The notes beneath the pieces are model-generated. The model saw only the letters and a program-made list of their open reading frames with translations. It had not been told where the DNA came from and searched no databases. A stretch of 64,000 bases of DNA from Arcobacteraceae bacterium (GTDB taxonomy: Bacteria > Campylobacterota > Campylobacteria > Campylobacterales > Arcobacteraceae): positions 512,001 to 576,000 of the forward strand of contig CBDCZH010000015.1 of NCBI GenBank assembly GCA_965224485.1. The letters run 5' to 3'. The stretch's first letter is position 1. Each line of letters begins with the position of its first letter. Positions 9,836 through 20,563 of this stretch are shown one piece after another. Both the position numbers and the translations under genes were made by a program.

Positions 9836-10561
9836 TTATAAACCACCCTTATATTTTAACTTTTCAGGAATAATTGTTGATTTTAATTGTGCCTCGTAGC
9901 CTTTTTTGATTGTTGCATCAGATAGTTTCCATTTATTTTTAAGGTAATTTAGAACTTTTTCTTTTGTATACCTATTTTTAATCAATGGAAGAAAATACTC
10001 AACTGCTTGTATATCATCTTTTAACTCTAAATGATAAAGTCTTGATAAGTTTTTTATTGCTTTAAGACTCTCTCTCTCTATTGCTTTTTTATACCAAATC
10101 AAAGCTTCTTTTAAATTATTTAAATCTTTTTGATAAATTAAAGCTAAATTAAAAGCAGCTTTTTTATCTCCTAAATAATAGGATTCTTTATAAAACTTTT
10201 TAACATTTAAATAATCATTCACTACTTCATATACTTCTGCTAAATTAAATGCTACTTCATTATCTTTTTTCTTATTCCAAGATTTTAAATACCAAAATTC
10301 AGCAAGTTTAAAATCTTTTATTCTTTTATGATAAAGTACCCCAAGATTAAAAGAAGATTCATAATCCATATCAGAAGTATCATACCAAACCTTTCCATAC
10401 TCATAATTATCAAGTCTATAATCATAAGCTGGTTTAAGAAGAATATTTTTACTTTCATTTTTCTTAGTATTTTTTTTCTCATTATTATTTTTACTATCTG
10501 AACAAGCAGAAAGACTTAATAATCCTAATATTAATAAAAGTTTTATTAGTATTTTATGCAC
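9836..10561 (-). CDS. Sel1/TPR-repeat lipoprotein, probable immunity protein of the upstream effector
   Basis: Lipobox LSAC; repeats of FNLG.LY...KD...A..WY.KS; start overlaps the effector stop. Confidence 0.75.
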   Translation of the reverse strand: MHKILIKLLLILGLLSLSACSDSKNNNEKKNTKKNESKNILLKPAYDYRLDNYEYGKVWYDTSDMDYESSFNLGVLYHKRIKDFKLAEFWYLKSWNKKKDNEVAFNLAEVYEVVNDYLNVKKFYKESYYLGDKKAAFNLALIYQKDLNNLKEALIWYKKAIERESLKAIKNLSRLYHLELKDDIQAVEYFLPLIKNRYTKEKVLNYLKNKWKLSDATIKKGYEAQLKSTIIPEKLKYKGGL

Positions 10562-13500
10562 CTTTTTTCTCCTTATTTACTTCTTGATTTTCTTGTACTT
10601 TATATCCGTACGTTGATTTTTCCATCATTAATTTTTCTTCATCATTTAAAGGAACTAGTTTTATACTTTTTATTTCTAATTCTAAACTATCTTCTAAACT
10701 TGCACTTCCAGGATAAGAAAAAAGTTTTAAATCAATATCATGATCCATTTCGTACTCTATTTTATATTTTAACGTTATATCACGATTAATAATTAACAAA
10801 TGTGAGCCTTTCTTTTCTAAAATCTTAGCTAAGTGTTTATCCATTTTATTTACATCAATAGTTTCATATTTAAAGTCATTTCGCATTTTAGGAACTTCAC
10901 CTTCTTTTAGAATATCTGACTTATGTATAGTTTTATAATCCACATCTCTTTTAAACTCAATACTAAGATTATTTTGCATAATTTCTTTTGGAATATTTAT
11001 CTTAGTTTTAAACTCATATACAAACTCAACCATACCGCCATTTGTAAACTCTTTTTCATAAACTCCTTCATCTACTTCTATTTTATATCCGTAGATAACT
11101 GCTTTTAAATTTATTAGCTCATATTGCATAGCATTATCAAATATATCACTATTCTTTTCATAGTTACTACCTATGTACCTTTGAAGTTCAATATATGATT
11201 TAAAACCTTCAATTTTATTTTCCAATTTTTCATTAACAGTTTGAGTAAATATTTTTGATTCATAAGGGTCAGTGGTACTTGAACTAAATACATTTAAAAC
11301 TTTTGTGAAATTATACTTATAACTACTATGCTCTTCTTGATTAAATAGAAGTGATTTAAATAAATAAGCTTCTATATTTGTATCAACAAAAGCATCTTTG
11401 ATCCACATTTCCCAAACAACTTCTATAATAATAGTTGCAAGTATCACAGCAAGTGCTCCAATCCAACCAATACCAGGAATTATTAGCATGCTAGCAGCTA
11501 TCATCATATTTTTAACTATTATTGCAGCTTTTCCATCTATATCATTTTCATCAGTTTTTTGTACTTCATATACTGTTGCTACAATTACTCCAACAGCCCC
11601 AACCTTTGAAAGAAGCTTCATACTTCCTATTCTTGTAATCTTTTGTGCGCTTAGTACTTTTTGTAGGTGAATTTGTATAGAAGATACTGTTTTAGGCATA
11701 TTTTCTGCTAGAACAGTGCTGAGCGCATGTATATCTTGGGAAAGAGAAAATATATCTGCTTTATTTAGAGCTTTTTTTGAGAAAATTGCTGCTGCTACAT
11801 TAGCTCCTGCTACAAATGTAGATAGTGCTTTTGTACTTTTCATAAAAGCTTTATATTTTGATGAGTTTTTAAAACCATATCCTATCTCTTTTAATTCATC
11901 ATTATCAATATCAACCATGTTAGACATAATTTGTTCATCCATATCTCTTAGTTTAGAACTAATTCCATCAATAAATTTTATTTTTTCATAGAAAACTTCA
12001 ATCTTCTTTTTTGATTCTAGTGTTTTTTCATAATTAGCATCTAATAAATCTGATACATCTATTTCGTAACGTTTATCTTCAACTTCAAAAGAGTCTATAA
12101 AAGATTGTGCATTACCTTGTCTTTGAGAGAAACCTTCTTTATTTCTTTCACTTTTTACAAGTGAATGAGCAAAGTGAGAGTGAAGGATTGAATAATAAAC
12201 TTCACCAATAGGAAGTTCAAATATTTTTTTTGCATATTCTATATCTTCTATTTCATTTCTTCTTTTCGTTAATTCTTTTATTAAATCTAAGATATGAGCT
12301 TGATTTGTATTAAAAGGTGAATTTTTATTTGATTCTGCATCTAAAAGGCTTCTATTAGCTGTGAAAAAATAAATAAGATTTAACATAGTATTGTAATAAT
12401 CTGTTTCAATATCTTTTTTATCAAATTCTTGAATATTTTTATATGAAGTTAAAATATCTTTAATTTCACTTGAAACAAGTATCTTTTCAAATTCTTCTAA
12501 AAAAGTTTTTGTATTTGGCATATCATTATAATGAAAAGATTCAAAATCCAAATCTAAATATAAATCACTAAAAAGTTTTTGAGGTTTAGCTATTTTTGCA
12601 AGAGAAATATCATATGACATTTCTTGATTTATTTTATCTAGGGATTCATATTGTTCTAAAAGCTTATTATCTTTTCTTTGAAATATTTTACTATAAGTAC
12701 TTTTTTGCTCTTTTATAATTGCTCTAATATCTTTAATATTATCATCACCAATATTAGGAAGTGCTTTTGAAGTTTTGAGGGTATAATAAAAATCTTCTAC
12801 AATATTTTTTAATCCTGATTTTTCAACTTCTTTTTTATATTTATCACTAAAATATATTGCAAAAACTAATAAAGCTAATACTTTTCCACCATATTTTGAA
12901 TAGTTATTATATTTTTCATCAGCACCATTACCTAATTCCAACCACTTATATGAAGCAGGATAGTTTTTTGTAAACTTAGGGTTATAACTTTTAACAAATT
13001 TTTCACTTATTCTTTTATTATAATTTTTTAACAAATTGATTTTTAACATTCCATTGTATGCACAAGAAAGACCGTTATTTACTATTCTAAATTCATATCC
13101 ATTATAGTATTTACCACTTTTTTCTATTTTTCCATTTTCATCTTTTAAAATATTTTTGAAAAAAGATTTATTTATATATTCAACTTCATTAAAATAGTTA
13201 ATAGCTGTATCATAAGCAGGATCAATAATATCTGCTAAATTACTTATATTCTTAATATCTTTAACTATTAACTCTCCTAATGAACCATTACAAATAGTAT
13301 TGGCTAATTCTCTATAAAGATGTTTAAGCTTATTTACATTTTTATCATAATCTTTTTGCTCTTCTGGTGAAACATAAAAATAATCCAATTTATTTGCAAC
13401 AGAATAAATATAAGCATTTTTCTTTTTAACATTTTTTATATACGAATCATTATTTGCAAAAACAGTTTTATAATTCCATTCATAATGATTGAACATATCT

Positions 13501-14534
13501 TCTGCTTTTCCTAGTACATCATCTAATGTTGTTACTACATTTAAAGGATACATAGTAAAGTTTGTACTAGTTCCTTTTTCTTTTGCAGCTTTTATTTTAT
13601 TTTGATGGGCTTTTTTTGGATCAAATTCTTTTGCGAGATCTATATTATAATTAAATATTTCATTTGAATTTATACTTGAAATATCATCTATGAAAAAACT
13701 TTCTTTTTTATTTTTTGATGGAACTGTTGGGTCAAACTTTGTGCTTTTAAATAAGCTTAAGTCTTCTGCTCTTTTCTTTTGTTCAGCTCTTACTTGTACA
13801 TTTGTATAAAATATTTCGATTTCTTCACCATCATATAGGGGAATATAATCGTGTTCTATATTATTTTCATCTTTGTATTTTATCTCTTTTGTAGTTTGGG
13901 CAAATAATGAACCTTTACTTATAATTTTATATTCCTCTATTTTTTTAGATGAGAGTTTTATATATACAAAAGCTTTTGTATACGTAACAATTTTTTCTCT
14001 TATTTGAGGATGGGTATCCATTGTTCCGTAATACTCTTGTATTTTGTTATATGCTCTACAAGCTCTTAGAGGTTTATAAATATTTTCTAAGAAAAAATCT
14101 TTTGACTCTCTTATTAGGTAAAGATTATATTTTTCATCTTCTTTTTTTTCATTTGCTTTTTGTTTTTCACTTTCACTTGCATCTGCTCCTAAAACATTAT
14201 CAATTCCACTTGGTGGCAGTGAAAATGAGTTTAGATTTGCTCTTGAAGCAATAACTAAAGCTGCTCCTTTATTTGTTTTGCACCCTGCTACATCTAAAGC
14301 ATAAGTTCCACTTGTACCATTCACATTTGTTTCTGTCATAGCAGAAGAAATTGAGCTAACTACAGTACATGGCTTTTTTTTAGGGCATCCACTTATTGAG
14401 GCACCTAAGATATCTACACAAAAGTTTGGCTTTAAACCTCCAATTACACGAATAGGATCGGAGGATGGATGAACTACTGTCCCACCATGAGAACACTGTA
14501 TTACACAAGATTGCGTTAAAACTTTACGAGACAT
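10554..14534 (-). CDS. Specialised T6SS effector: N-terminal PAAR-like (DUF4280-type) domain and C-terminal hydrophobic helices (possible pore-former)
   Basis: ATG at 14534 after AGGAAG; IQCSHGG...ISGCP...PCT N-terminus; TM-like AASMLIIPGIGWIGALAVILATIIIEVVW; divergent from tssA and followed by an immunity-like gene. Confidence 0.7.
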   Translation of the reverse strand: MSRKVLTQSCVIQCSHGGTVVHPSSDPIRVIGGLKPNFCVDILGASISGCPKKKPCTVVSSISSAMTETNVNGTSGTYALDVAGCKTNKGAALVIASRANLNSFSLPPSGIDNVLGADASESEKQKANEKKEDEKYNLYLIRESKDFFLENIYKPLRACRAYNKIQEYYGTMDTHPQIREKIVTYTKAFVYIKLSSKKIEEYKIISKGSLFAQTTKEIKYKDENNIEHDYIPLYDGEEIEIFYTNVQVRAEQKKRAEDLSLFKSTKFDPTVPSKNKKESFFIDDISSINSNEIFNYNIDLAKEFDPKKAHQNKIKAAKEKGTSTNFTMYPLNVVTTLDDVLGKAEDMFNHYEWNYKTVFANNDSYIKNVKKKNAYIYSVANKLDYFYVSPEEQKDYDKNVNKLKHLYRELANTICNGSLGELIVKDIKNISNLADIIDPAYDTAINYFNEVEYINKSFFKNILKDENGKIEKSGKYYNGYEFRIVNNGLSCAYNGMLKINLLKNYNKRISEKFVKSYNPKFTKNYPASYKWLELGNGADEKYNNYSKYGGKVLALLVFAIYFSDKYKKEVEKSGLKNIVEDFYYTLKTSKALPNIGDDNIKDIRAIIKEQKSTYSKIFQRKDNKLLEQYESLDKINQEMSYDISLAKIAKPQKLFSDLYLDLDFESFHYNDMPNTKTFLEEFEKILVSSEIKDILTSYKNIQEFDKKDIETDYYNTMLNLIYFFTANRSLLDAESNKNSPFNTNQAHILDLIKELTKRRNEIEDIEYAKKIFELPIGEVYYSILHSHFAHSLVKSERNKEGFSQRQGNAQSFIDSFEVEDKRYEIDVSDLLDANYEKTLESKKKIEVFYEKIKFIDGISSKLRDMDEQIMSNMVDIDNDELKEIGYGFKNSSKYKAFMKSTKALSTFVAGANVAAAIFSKKALNKADIFSLSQDIHALSTVLAENMPKTVSSIQIHLQKVLSAQKITRIGSMKLLSKVGAVGVIVATVYEVQKTDENDIDGKAAIIVKNMMIAASMLIIPGIGWIGALAVILATIIIEVVWEMWIKDAFVDTNIEAYLFKSLLFNQEEHSSYKYNFTKVLNVFSSSTTDPYESKIFTQTVNEKLENKIEGFKSYIELQRYIGSNYEKNSDIFDNAMQYELINLKAVIYGYKIEVDEGVYEKEFTNGGMVEFVYEFKTKINIPKEIMQNNLSIEFKRDVDYKTIHKSDILKEGEVPKMRNDFKYETIDVNKMDKHLAKILEKKGSHLLIINRDITLKYKIEYEMDHDIDLKLFSYPGSASLEDSLELEIKSIKLVPLNDEEKLMMEKSTYGYKVQENQEVNKEKKGA

Positions 14535-14829
14535 AGTACTTCCTAAAATAATTAATTTAAGTATTTTATACAAAAAATGTTAAAAATATAATAAAATAAA
14601 CCTTTTTATTATTAATAATATTTATTTATTATTTTATGTATATTTAGAATTTGCGTATATAAAGGGGTTTATTTAAAAAGTAGCTAGAAAAGTATCAATA
14701 AAGAATTATTAATATAATTATTATATTTACTATAAAATAATTTAATAAGGTATTTTTAAACTTATTATTGATAGAATCTCGAAATATTTAATCTAATGAT
14801 TAAGAAAAAAGAAATATGGAGTAAGATAA

Positions 14830-16395
14830 TTGACTGATTTGATTTTAAATGACATTTCAAAAAAAGAACCATTTGGTTCTGATTTTAAATATTATGATAA
14901 ATTTTTAACTATAGAGCAAGAGATAGATAATGACTATAGTGTTACTTCTAAAGACGGAACAAATTGGCTTATAGTTAAAAAATCTTGTTATGAAATGTTA
15001 ACTCAAAATACAAAAGATATCAAAATTGTTTCTTGGTGGTTAAATTCTTTTTGGAAATTAGAAAACTTTTTAGGTTTAGAACGTTCACTTTTTGTATTTA
15101 ATGATTTTATAAAAAAATACAATAACAACTCTTTTCCAAAATCAATAAAAGCTAAAAGAAACACTATTCTTTGGCTTGAACAAACTTTAACTAAAGATAT
15201 AGTAGAAAAAAAACAACATAAAGATAAACTAAATAATGCTAAAGAGTTAAGTGAACTTTTTTTAAGTCTTCAAAATGAATTGAATATAATTTTTAAAGAT
15301 GAAGATAAACATTTTTCTAAAATTATTAGATATTTAAAAAATTCTTATACAAAAAATGAAGAAATTAATGAAGTTCCAGAAATAAAAACTTCTAAAGAAG
15401 TTTTAGAAAAAGATAAGAAAGCTAAGCAAAATAATAATAGAGATAAGAGCTCAATAGAAACTACTAAAATTGATATTAAAAAAATCACAACAAATGAAGA
15501 AGCTAATAAAACTTTACAAACATTTAAAAAATCAGCTTCTTTATTAAGTGAATATTACAGAAGTACAAATTCTTATGATTTAAAAGCTATAAAAATAACA
15601 AGACTCTTATCTTGGTTAAATATTGATGGTTTACCTTTTAATGAAGAGAAACTAACTCAAACAAATCCACCTTCAGATAATACTTTATACCAAATTGAAG
15701 AAGCTAGAAAAAATAATGAAAGTAACACTGCTTTTATACTTATTCAACATGCACTTGAGCGTTCACCTTATTGGTTAGATGGTCATTTTAAATCTTACGA
15801 AATTTTAATACAAGAAAAACAGCAACAAGAAGCAAATGAGATTAAAAACGCATTAATAGCTTTTGTAAATTCAAACCAAGGGGTAGAAGAACTTTTATTT
15901 AAAGACAAAACTGCTTTTGCATCTAAAGAAACAAAAGATTTTTTAAATAAAGACAAAAACGATAATGAAAATAAAACAAAGGAAATAAAAACTGAGACTC
16001 TTGTTTCTAACAAAAAAGAGAAAAGTGAGCTTATAAATAAATGTTACGAGCTTATTAATAATAATCAAAAAAAGGATGCAATGCAAGTACTTCAAAATCA
16101 TTATAATTTAGCAATTAGCCAAGAAGAGAAATTTAAATTACGCTTAGAACATGCAAAAATAGCTATTTTCTGCAAAGAATTTAAAATGGCATTAGTTTTG
16201 TTAGAGGATCTTGAAAAAGATATCAATAAATATGGTCTTGATGAGTGGCAACCTAAACTAGCTTCAGAAGTATATAGCTTACTTTTAAAGAATTTTTATG
16301 GCAAACAAATCACTAATGAAAAAATAAATAGTATTTATGAAAATCTATGCAAAATTGATATTTCACAAGCACTTAATTTAAATACAGGAGAATAA
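14830..16395 (+). CDS. tssA: T6SS TssA (ImpA_N plus VasJ-like C-terminus)
   Basis: G.DFKY..F..IE.EI, NW..V, TKD.K, PYWLDGH, LF.D.T.FA and LDEWQP; TTG start. Confidence 0.88.
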   Translation: MTDLILNDISKKEPFGSDFKYYDKFLTIEQEIDNDYSVTSKDGTNWLIVKKSCYEMLTQNTKDIKIVSWWLNSFWKLENFLGLERSLFVFNDFIKKYNNNSFPKSIKAKRNTILWLEQTLTKDIVEKKQHKDKLNNAKELSELFLSLQNELNIIFKDEDKHFSKIIRYLKNSYTKNEEINEVPEIKTSKEVLEKDKKAKQNNNRDKSSIETTKIDIKKITTNEEANKTLQTFKKSASLLSEYYRSTNSYDLKAIKITRLLSWLNIDGLPFNEEKLTQTNPPSDNTLYQIEEARKNNESNTAFILIQHALERSPYWLDGHFKSYEILIQEKQQQEANEIKNALIAFVNSNQGVEELLFKDKTAFASKETKDFLNKDKNDNENKTKEIKTETLVSNKKEKSELINKCYELINNNQKKDAMQVLQNHYNLAISQEEKFKLRLEHAKIAIFCKEFKMALVLLEDLEKDINKYGLDEWQPKLASEVYSLLLKNFYGKQITNEKINSIYENLCKIDISQALNLNTGE

Positions 16396-16396
16396 A

Positions 16397-16882
16397 ATGA
16401 TGACAAAACAATCAGAGTCACCAAAAGAAAGAATTAACGTTACATATAAACCAGCTACTGGAGATATGAATGAAGAGATTGAAATACCTTATAAACTTAC
16501 ACTTTTAGGGGATTATAATCCAAATGCAAAAAAAATTCCTATTGAAGATAGAAAAGCTATCAAATTAGATAAAAACAATTTTAACGATGTGTTAAAAGAA
16601 CAAAAACTATCAGTTACTTTTGATGTTCCAAATAAGTTAAGCAATGATGAAGATTCTTCTTTAAATATTAACTTAAATATTTCTAGTATTAAAGATTTTT
16701 CACCTGAAAATATTGTTGAAAATGTTGATGAATTAAAAGTTTTAATGGAACTGCGAAAATCATTGGTTGCACTTAAAGGACCATTAGGGAATGTACCAGC
16801 ATTTAGAAAAGCTATTGAGGATGCTATGTCTGATAAAGGCGAAATAGATAAATTAATGGACGAACTTAATTTAAAAGTATAA
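16397..16882 (+). CDS. tssB: T6SS contractile sheath small subunit
   Basis: PKERINVTYKPATG, DFSPE and LKGPLGNVPAFRK. Confidence 0.95.
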   Translation: MMTKQSESPKERINVTYKPATGDMNEEIEIPYKLTLLGDYNPNAKKIPIEDRKAIKLDKNNFNDVLKEQKLSVTFDVPNKLSNDEDSSLNINLNISSIKDFSPENIVENVDELKVLMELRKSLVALKGPLGNVPAFRKAIEDAMSDKGEIDKLMDELNLKV

Positions 16883-16891
16883 AAAAGAAGG

Positions 16892-18373
16892 ATGAATATG
16901 TCAGTTGAAGAAGTAAAAACAAAGAATAATGAAGCACAAAGTACTAGTTTATTAGACAGTATAATTGCACAAACAAGTATCACAACAGAAGATGATACAT
17001 ACTCTGTTGTAAAATCAGGTGTTGGAGCTTTAATTGAAGAATTAATTAAATCTGATAATACAAATGAAAAAGTTAATAAAGCAGTAATTGATAAAATGTT
17101 AGCAGAAATAGATGCTAAGATTTCAGCTCAAATGGATGAAATTTTACACCATCCCCAACTTCAATCTTTAGAGTCAAAATGGAGAGGGTTATACCTTTTA
17201 GTTGAAAGAACTGATTTTAGAGAAAATATCTTGATGGAAATTATAAATGTTTCTAAAGAAGATTTAATGGATGATTTCGAAGATTGTTTAGATATTACGC
17301 AAACAGGTCTTTACAAGCATGTATATACATCAGGTTATGGTCAATTTGGAGGAGAACCAGTTGGAACTATTATTGCTGATTATTCTTTATCTCCATCTAA
17401 TGTTGATATTAAATTTTTAAATAAAGTTGCTTCGATTTCAGCTATGGCACATGCTCCTTTTATAGCAGCAGCTGGTCCTAAATTCTTTGGTTTAGACTCT
17501 TTTGAAGGTTTACCTGATTTAAAAGATTTGGAAGATGTAATGAACTCACCTCAATATGCAGGTTGGAAGGGTTTTAGAAAGAATGAAGACTCAAGATATG
17601 TTGGGTTAACACTTCCAAGATTCTTACTTCGTGCTCCTTATGATCCAGAAGATAATCCAATTTCAAACTTTGTATATAAAGAAGATGTATCAGAATCTCA
17701 TGAAGATTATTTATGGGGAAATACAGTTTATACTTTAGCTTCAAAATTAACAGATTCTTTTGCAAACTACAGATGGTGTACTAATATTATTGGACCAATG
17801 AGTGGTGGAGAAGTTAGAGATTTACCTGTTCATACTTTTACAAGTATGGGAGATATTGAGATGAAGATTCCCACTGAGATTTTAGTATCAGATAGAAGAG
17901 AATACGAATTAGCACAAGAAGGTTTTATTCCATTAGTAATGAGAAAAGGTAGTAATTCTGCTGCATTCTTTGCTGCTAACTCTGCACAACAACCAAAAAT
18001 ATTCTCAGATACTCCTGAAGGTAATGAAGCTGAACTAAACTATAAATTAGGAACTCAAATGCCTTATTTATTTGCAGTTACTAGAATGGCTCACTATATT
18101 AAAGTACTTCAAAGAGAACATATTGGTTCTTGGAGAGAGCGAGCTGATTTAGAACGTGAACTTAATAAATGGGCTAAACAATATGTTGCTAATCAAGAAA
18201 ACCCAAGTGCTGAAATTAGAAGTAGAAGACCTTTCAAAGCTATTAAAATTGATGTTGAAGATATAGAAACTGATCCAGGTTGGTACAAAGTTAAAATAGC
18301 TTTAAGACCACATTTTAAATATATGGGTGCTAACTTTGAATTATCATTAGTTGGAAAGTTAGATAAAGATTAG
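16892..18373 (+). CDS. tssC: T6SS contractile sheath large subunit
   Basis: ES.WRGL, YGQFGGEP, RYVGLTLPRFLLR.PY and RPHFKYMGANFELSLVGKLD. Confidence 0.97.
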   Translation: MNMSVEEVKTKNNEAQSTSLLDSIIAQTSITTEDDTYSVVKSGVGALIEELIKSDNTNEKVNKAVIDKMLAEIDAKISAQMDEILHHPQLQSLESKWRGLYLLVERTDFRENILMEIINVSKEDLMDDFEDCLDITQTGLYKHVYTSGYGQFGGEPVGTIIADYSLSPSNVDIKFLNKVASISAMAHAPFIAAAGPKFFGLDSFEGLPDLKDLEDVMNSPQYAGWKGFRKNEDSRYVGLTLPRFLLRAPYDPEDNPISNFVYKEDVSESHEDYLWGNTVYTLASKLTDSFANYRWCTNIIGPMSGGEVRDLPVHTFTSMGDIEMKIPTEILVSDRREYELAQEGFIPLVMRKGSNSAAFFAANSAQQPKIFSDTPEGNEAELNYKLGTQMPYLFAVTRMAHYIKVLQREHIGSWRERADLERELNKWAKQYVANQENPSAEIRSRRPFKAIKIDVEDIETDPGWYKVKIALRPHFKYMGANFELSLVGKLDKD

Positions 18374-18374
18374 T

Positions 18375-18797
18375 ATGTATAAAGGAAGTTTATTTGAGAG
18401 GTTAACACCACAAGAGCAAAAAAGCAAAAAAACCTTTGATACATATGAAGAATCATTGTATAGCTCAATTGCATTTAACTTATCTCGAATATTCTCTACA
18501 AATGCTGGGAGTTCAGAAATCGCAACAGATTATGGACGTCCAGATTTGGACAATATGCACTTAAATTTGCATGATTCAATTCATATAATTGAAAAACGTT
18601 CACAAGAGTGTATTAAAAAATATGAACCAAGACTTTTTCACAATACTGTAAAAGTAAATGAGCAAAGACTTTTACATAATGAAATGAGTATTTTCATAGA
18701 AGCTTTTCTAAAAGTAAATGGAAAAACAAAAAAACTACATTTTAAAGCTGATTTATTTAAAACAGGTGGAGTAAAGGTATATAAAGATGGAATTTAA
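18375..18797 (+). CDS. tssE: T6SS baseplate gp25-like protein
   Basis: SLFERL, DYG.PD and YEPRL. Confidence 0.9.
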   Translation: MYKGSLFERLTPQEQKSKKTFDTYEESLYSSIAFNLSRIFSTNAGSSEIATDYGRPDLDNMHLNLHDSIHIIEKRSQECIKKYEPRLFHNTVKVNEQRLLHNEMSIFIEAFLKVNGKTKKLHFKADLFKTGGVKVYKDGI

Positions 18798-20562
18798 CGA
18801 TTATTATAGACAAGAGTTAAGCTCTCTAAGAGTAGAAGGAGCAGAGTTTTCTAAAAAAAACCCTGGTTTATCTACATTTTTATCAAAAGAAGGACAAGAT
18901 CCTGATGTAGAAAGACTCTTAGAGGGGTTTGCTTTTTTAACTGGAAGACTAAGACAACAAATCGATAAAGAACTTCCAGAAGTAGCACATACTTTAGTAC
19001 AACTTTTATGGCCTAATTACGTAAGACCAGTTCCTTCATATTGTATTGTTCAATATGAATCATTAAAAGATACAACAGAAGAAACTATAGTTTCTAAAAA
19101 TACAAATATTTTAAGTAAAAGTATTGCACAGGGAGTACAGTGTAGATTTTCTACTTCTTATGAGACACAAATTCTTCCTTTAGAAGTAAATAATATAGAA
19201 TATTTTATACATGGTAAAAAAAGTTCTTTAGAACTTAATTTATTAATGACTAGCTCTGGAAGTTTAAATGATATATCTTTTAACAAACTTAGATTTTTTT
19301 TAGGGGGTTCTAAATTTGTTTCAAAAGATTTATATCTATTTTTAACAAAATTTGTTGAATCAATTGAAATTTTAATTTTAGATAAAAATGAAGAAGTTTT
19401 ACAAACTATTAATTTAGATAAATCTTCAATTTCTCCTGTTGGTTTTAAATCAGATGAAAAACTTGCCCCTTATCCTTTAAATGTATTTGAAGGTTATATA
19501 TTATTACAAGAATATTTTTGTTATCCAGATAAGTTCTTATTTTTAGACATCTTTAATCTTAATAGAATTAATAAAATTGAAGAAGATATATTAAAACAAT
19601 CAAGATCTTTTAGTATTAATTTTAATCTTTCTAAAAGACTTGAACATAGTGAAACTCCAAGTAAAGATAATTTTTCATTATATTGTACACCTGCTATTAA
19701 TATTTTTAAAAGTGAAGCAGTTCCTATTAGAAAAGATGAAACATTAAATGAGTACTTAGTCGTACCTTCTGATATATCAAAAGAGCATAGTGAAGTTTTT
19801 TCAATACAAGGGGTTAGAGGTTGGGTTAAGAGTAAAAACTCTTATGATGATTATGAACTTTTTGAATCTTTTGAACACAATGATGAAACACAATATTATT
19901 CAACTAGAGTTAAACTTGCAAGTGATGGAAGAAGAACTCATACTTATTTAAATTTTGCCTCAAATGATGGAATGGCTGAAGATGTGGAAATTTCAAATGC
20001 AAGTGTATCTGTTGATATTACATGCACAAATAAAGATACTCCAAATGAGTACCTTCTTATTGGTGACCTTTGTGTAGCTGATCCTTTATCCTCAACATCA
20101 AACTTAAAGTTTAAAAACATAACAATTCCTACTTTATCTTATCCACCTCCAATTGATGGAGATTTTTTATGGAAGATTATTTCAAATATGTCTTTAAATT
20201 ATCTTTCACTTGATAATATCTCAGCTCTTAGAACTATCATAGAATCTTATGATTTTGTTGGAGCTAATGATATTAAACAAAAAGAGAAAACATCAATGAT
20301 GTTACAAGGTATGAAATCTGTATCTCATAATACTACAGAAATGATGGAACAAGGTCTTCCCATTCGTGGAATAGAAACACACTTAGTTCTTGAACCTGAA
20401 AATTTTTCTTGCATAGGTGATGCTTATATTTTTTGTTCAATTTTAAATGAATTTTTATCTTTATATGGAAATATAAACTCTTTTCACAAACTAATAGTTG
20501 ATATGCAAAATGAAGATACTTATACTTGGAATCCAAAAATGGGAACACGGTCTTTAGTATAA
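18787..20562 (+). CDS. tssF: T6SS baseplate TssF
   Basis: DPDVERLLEGFAFLTGRL, LLQEYF, CTPAINIF and YGNINSF. Confidence 0.96.
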   Translation: MEFNDYYRQELSSLRVEGAEFSKKNPGLSTFLSKEGQDPDVERLLEGFAFLTGRLRQQIDKELPEVAHTLVQLLWPNYVRPVPSYCIVQYESLKDTTEETIVSKNTNILSKSIAQGVQCRFSTSYETQILPLEVNNIEYFIHGKKSSLELNLLMTSSGSLNDISFNKLRFFLGGSKFVSKDLYLFLTKFVESIEILILDKNEEVLQTINLDKSSISPVGFKSDEKLAPYPLNVFEGYILLQEYFCYPDKFLFLDIFNLNRINKIEEDILKQSRSFSINFNLSKRLEHSETPSKDNFSLYCTPAINIFKSEAVPIRKDETLNEYLVVPSDISKEHSEVFSIQGVRGWVKSKNSYDDYELFESFEHNDETQYYSTRVKLASDGRRTHTYLNFASNDGMAEDVEISNASVSVDITCTNKDTPNEYLLIGDLCVADPLSSTSNLKFKNITIPTLSYPPPIDGDFLWKIISNMSLNYLSLDNISALRTIIESYDFVGANDIKQKEKTSMMLQGMKSVSHNTTEMMEQGLPIRGIETHLVLEPENFSCIGDAYIFCSILNEFLSLYGNINSFHKLIVDMQNEDTYTWNPKMGTRSLV

Positions 20563-20563
20563 A

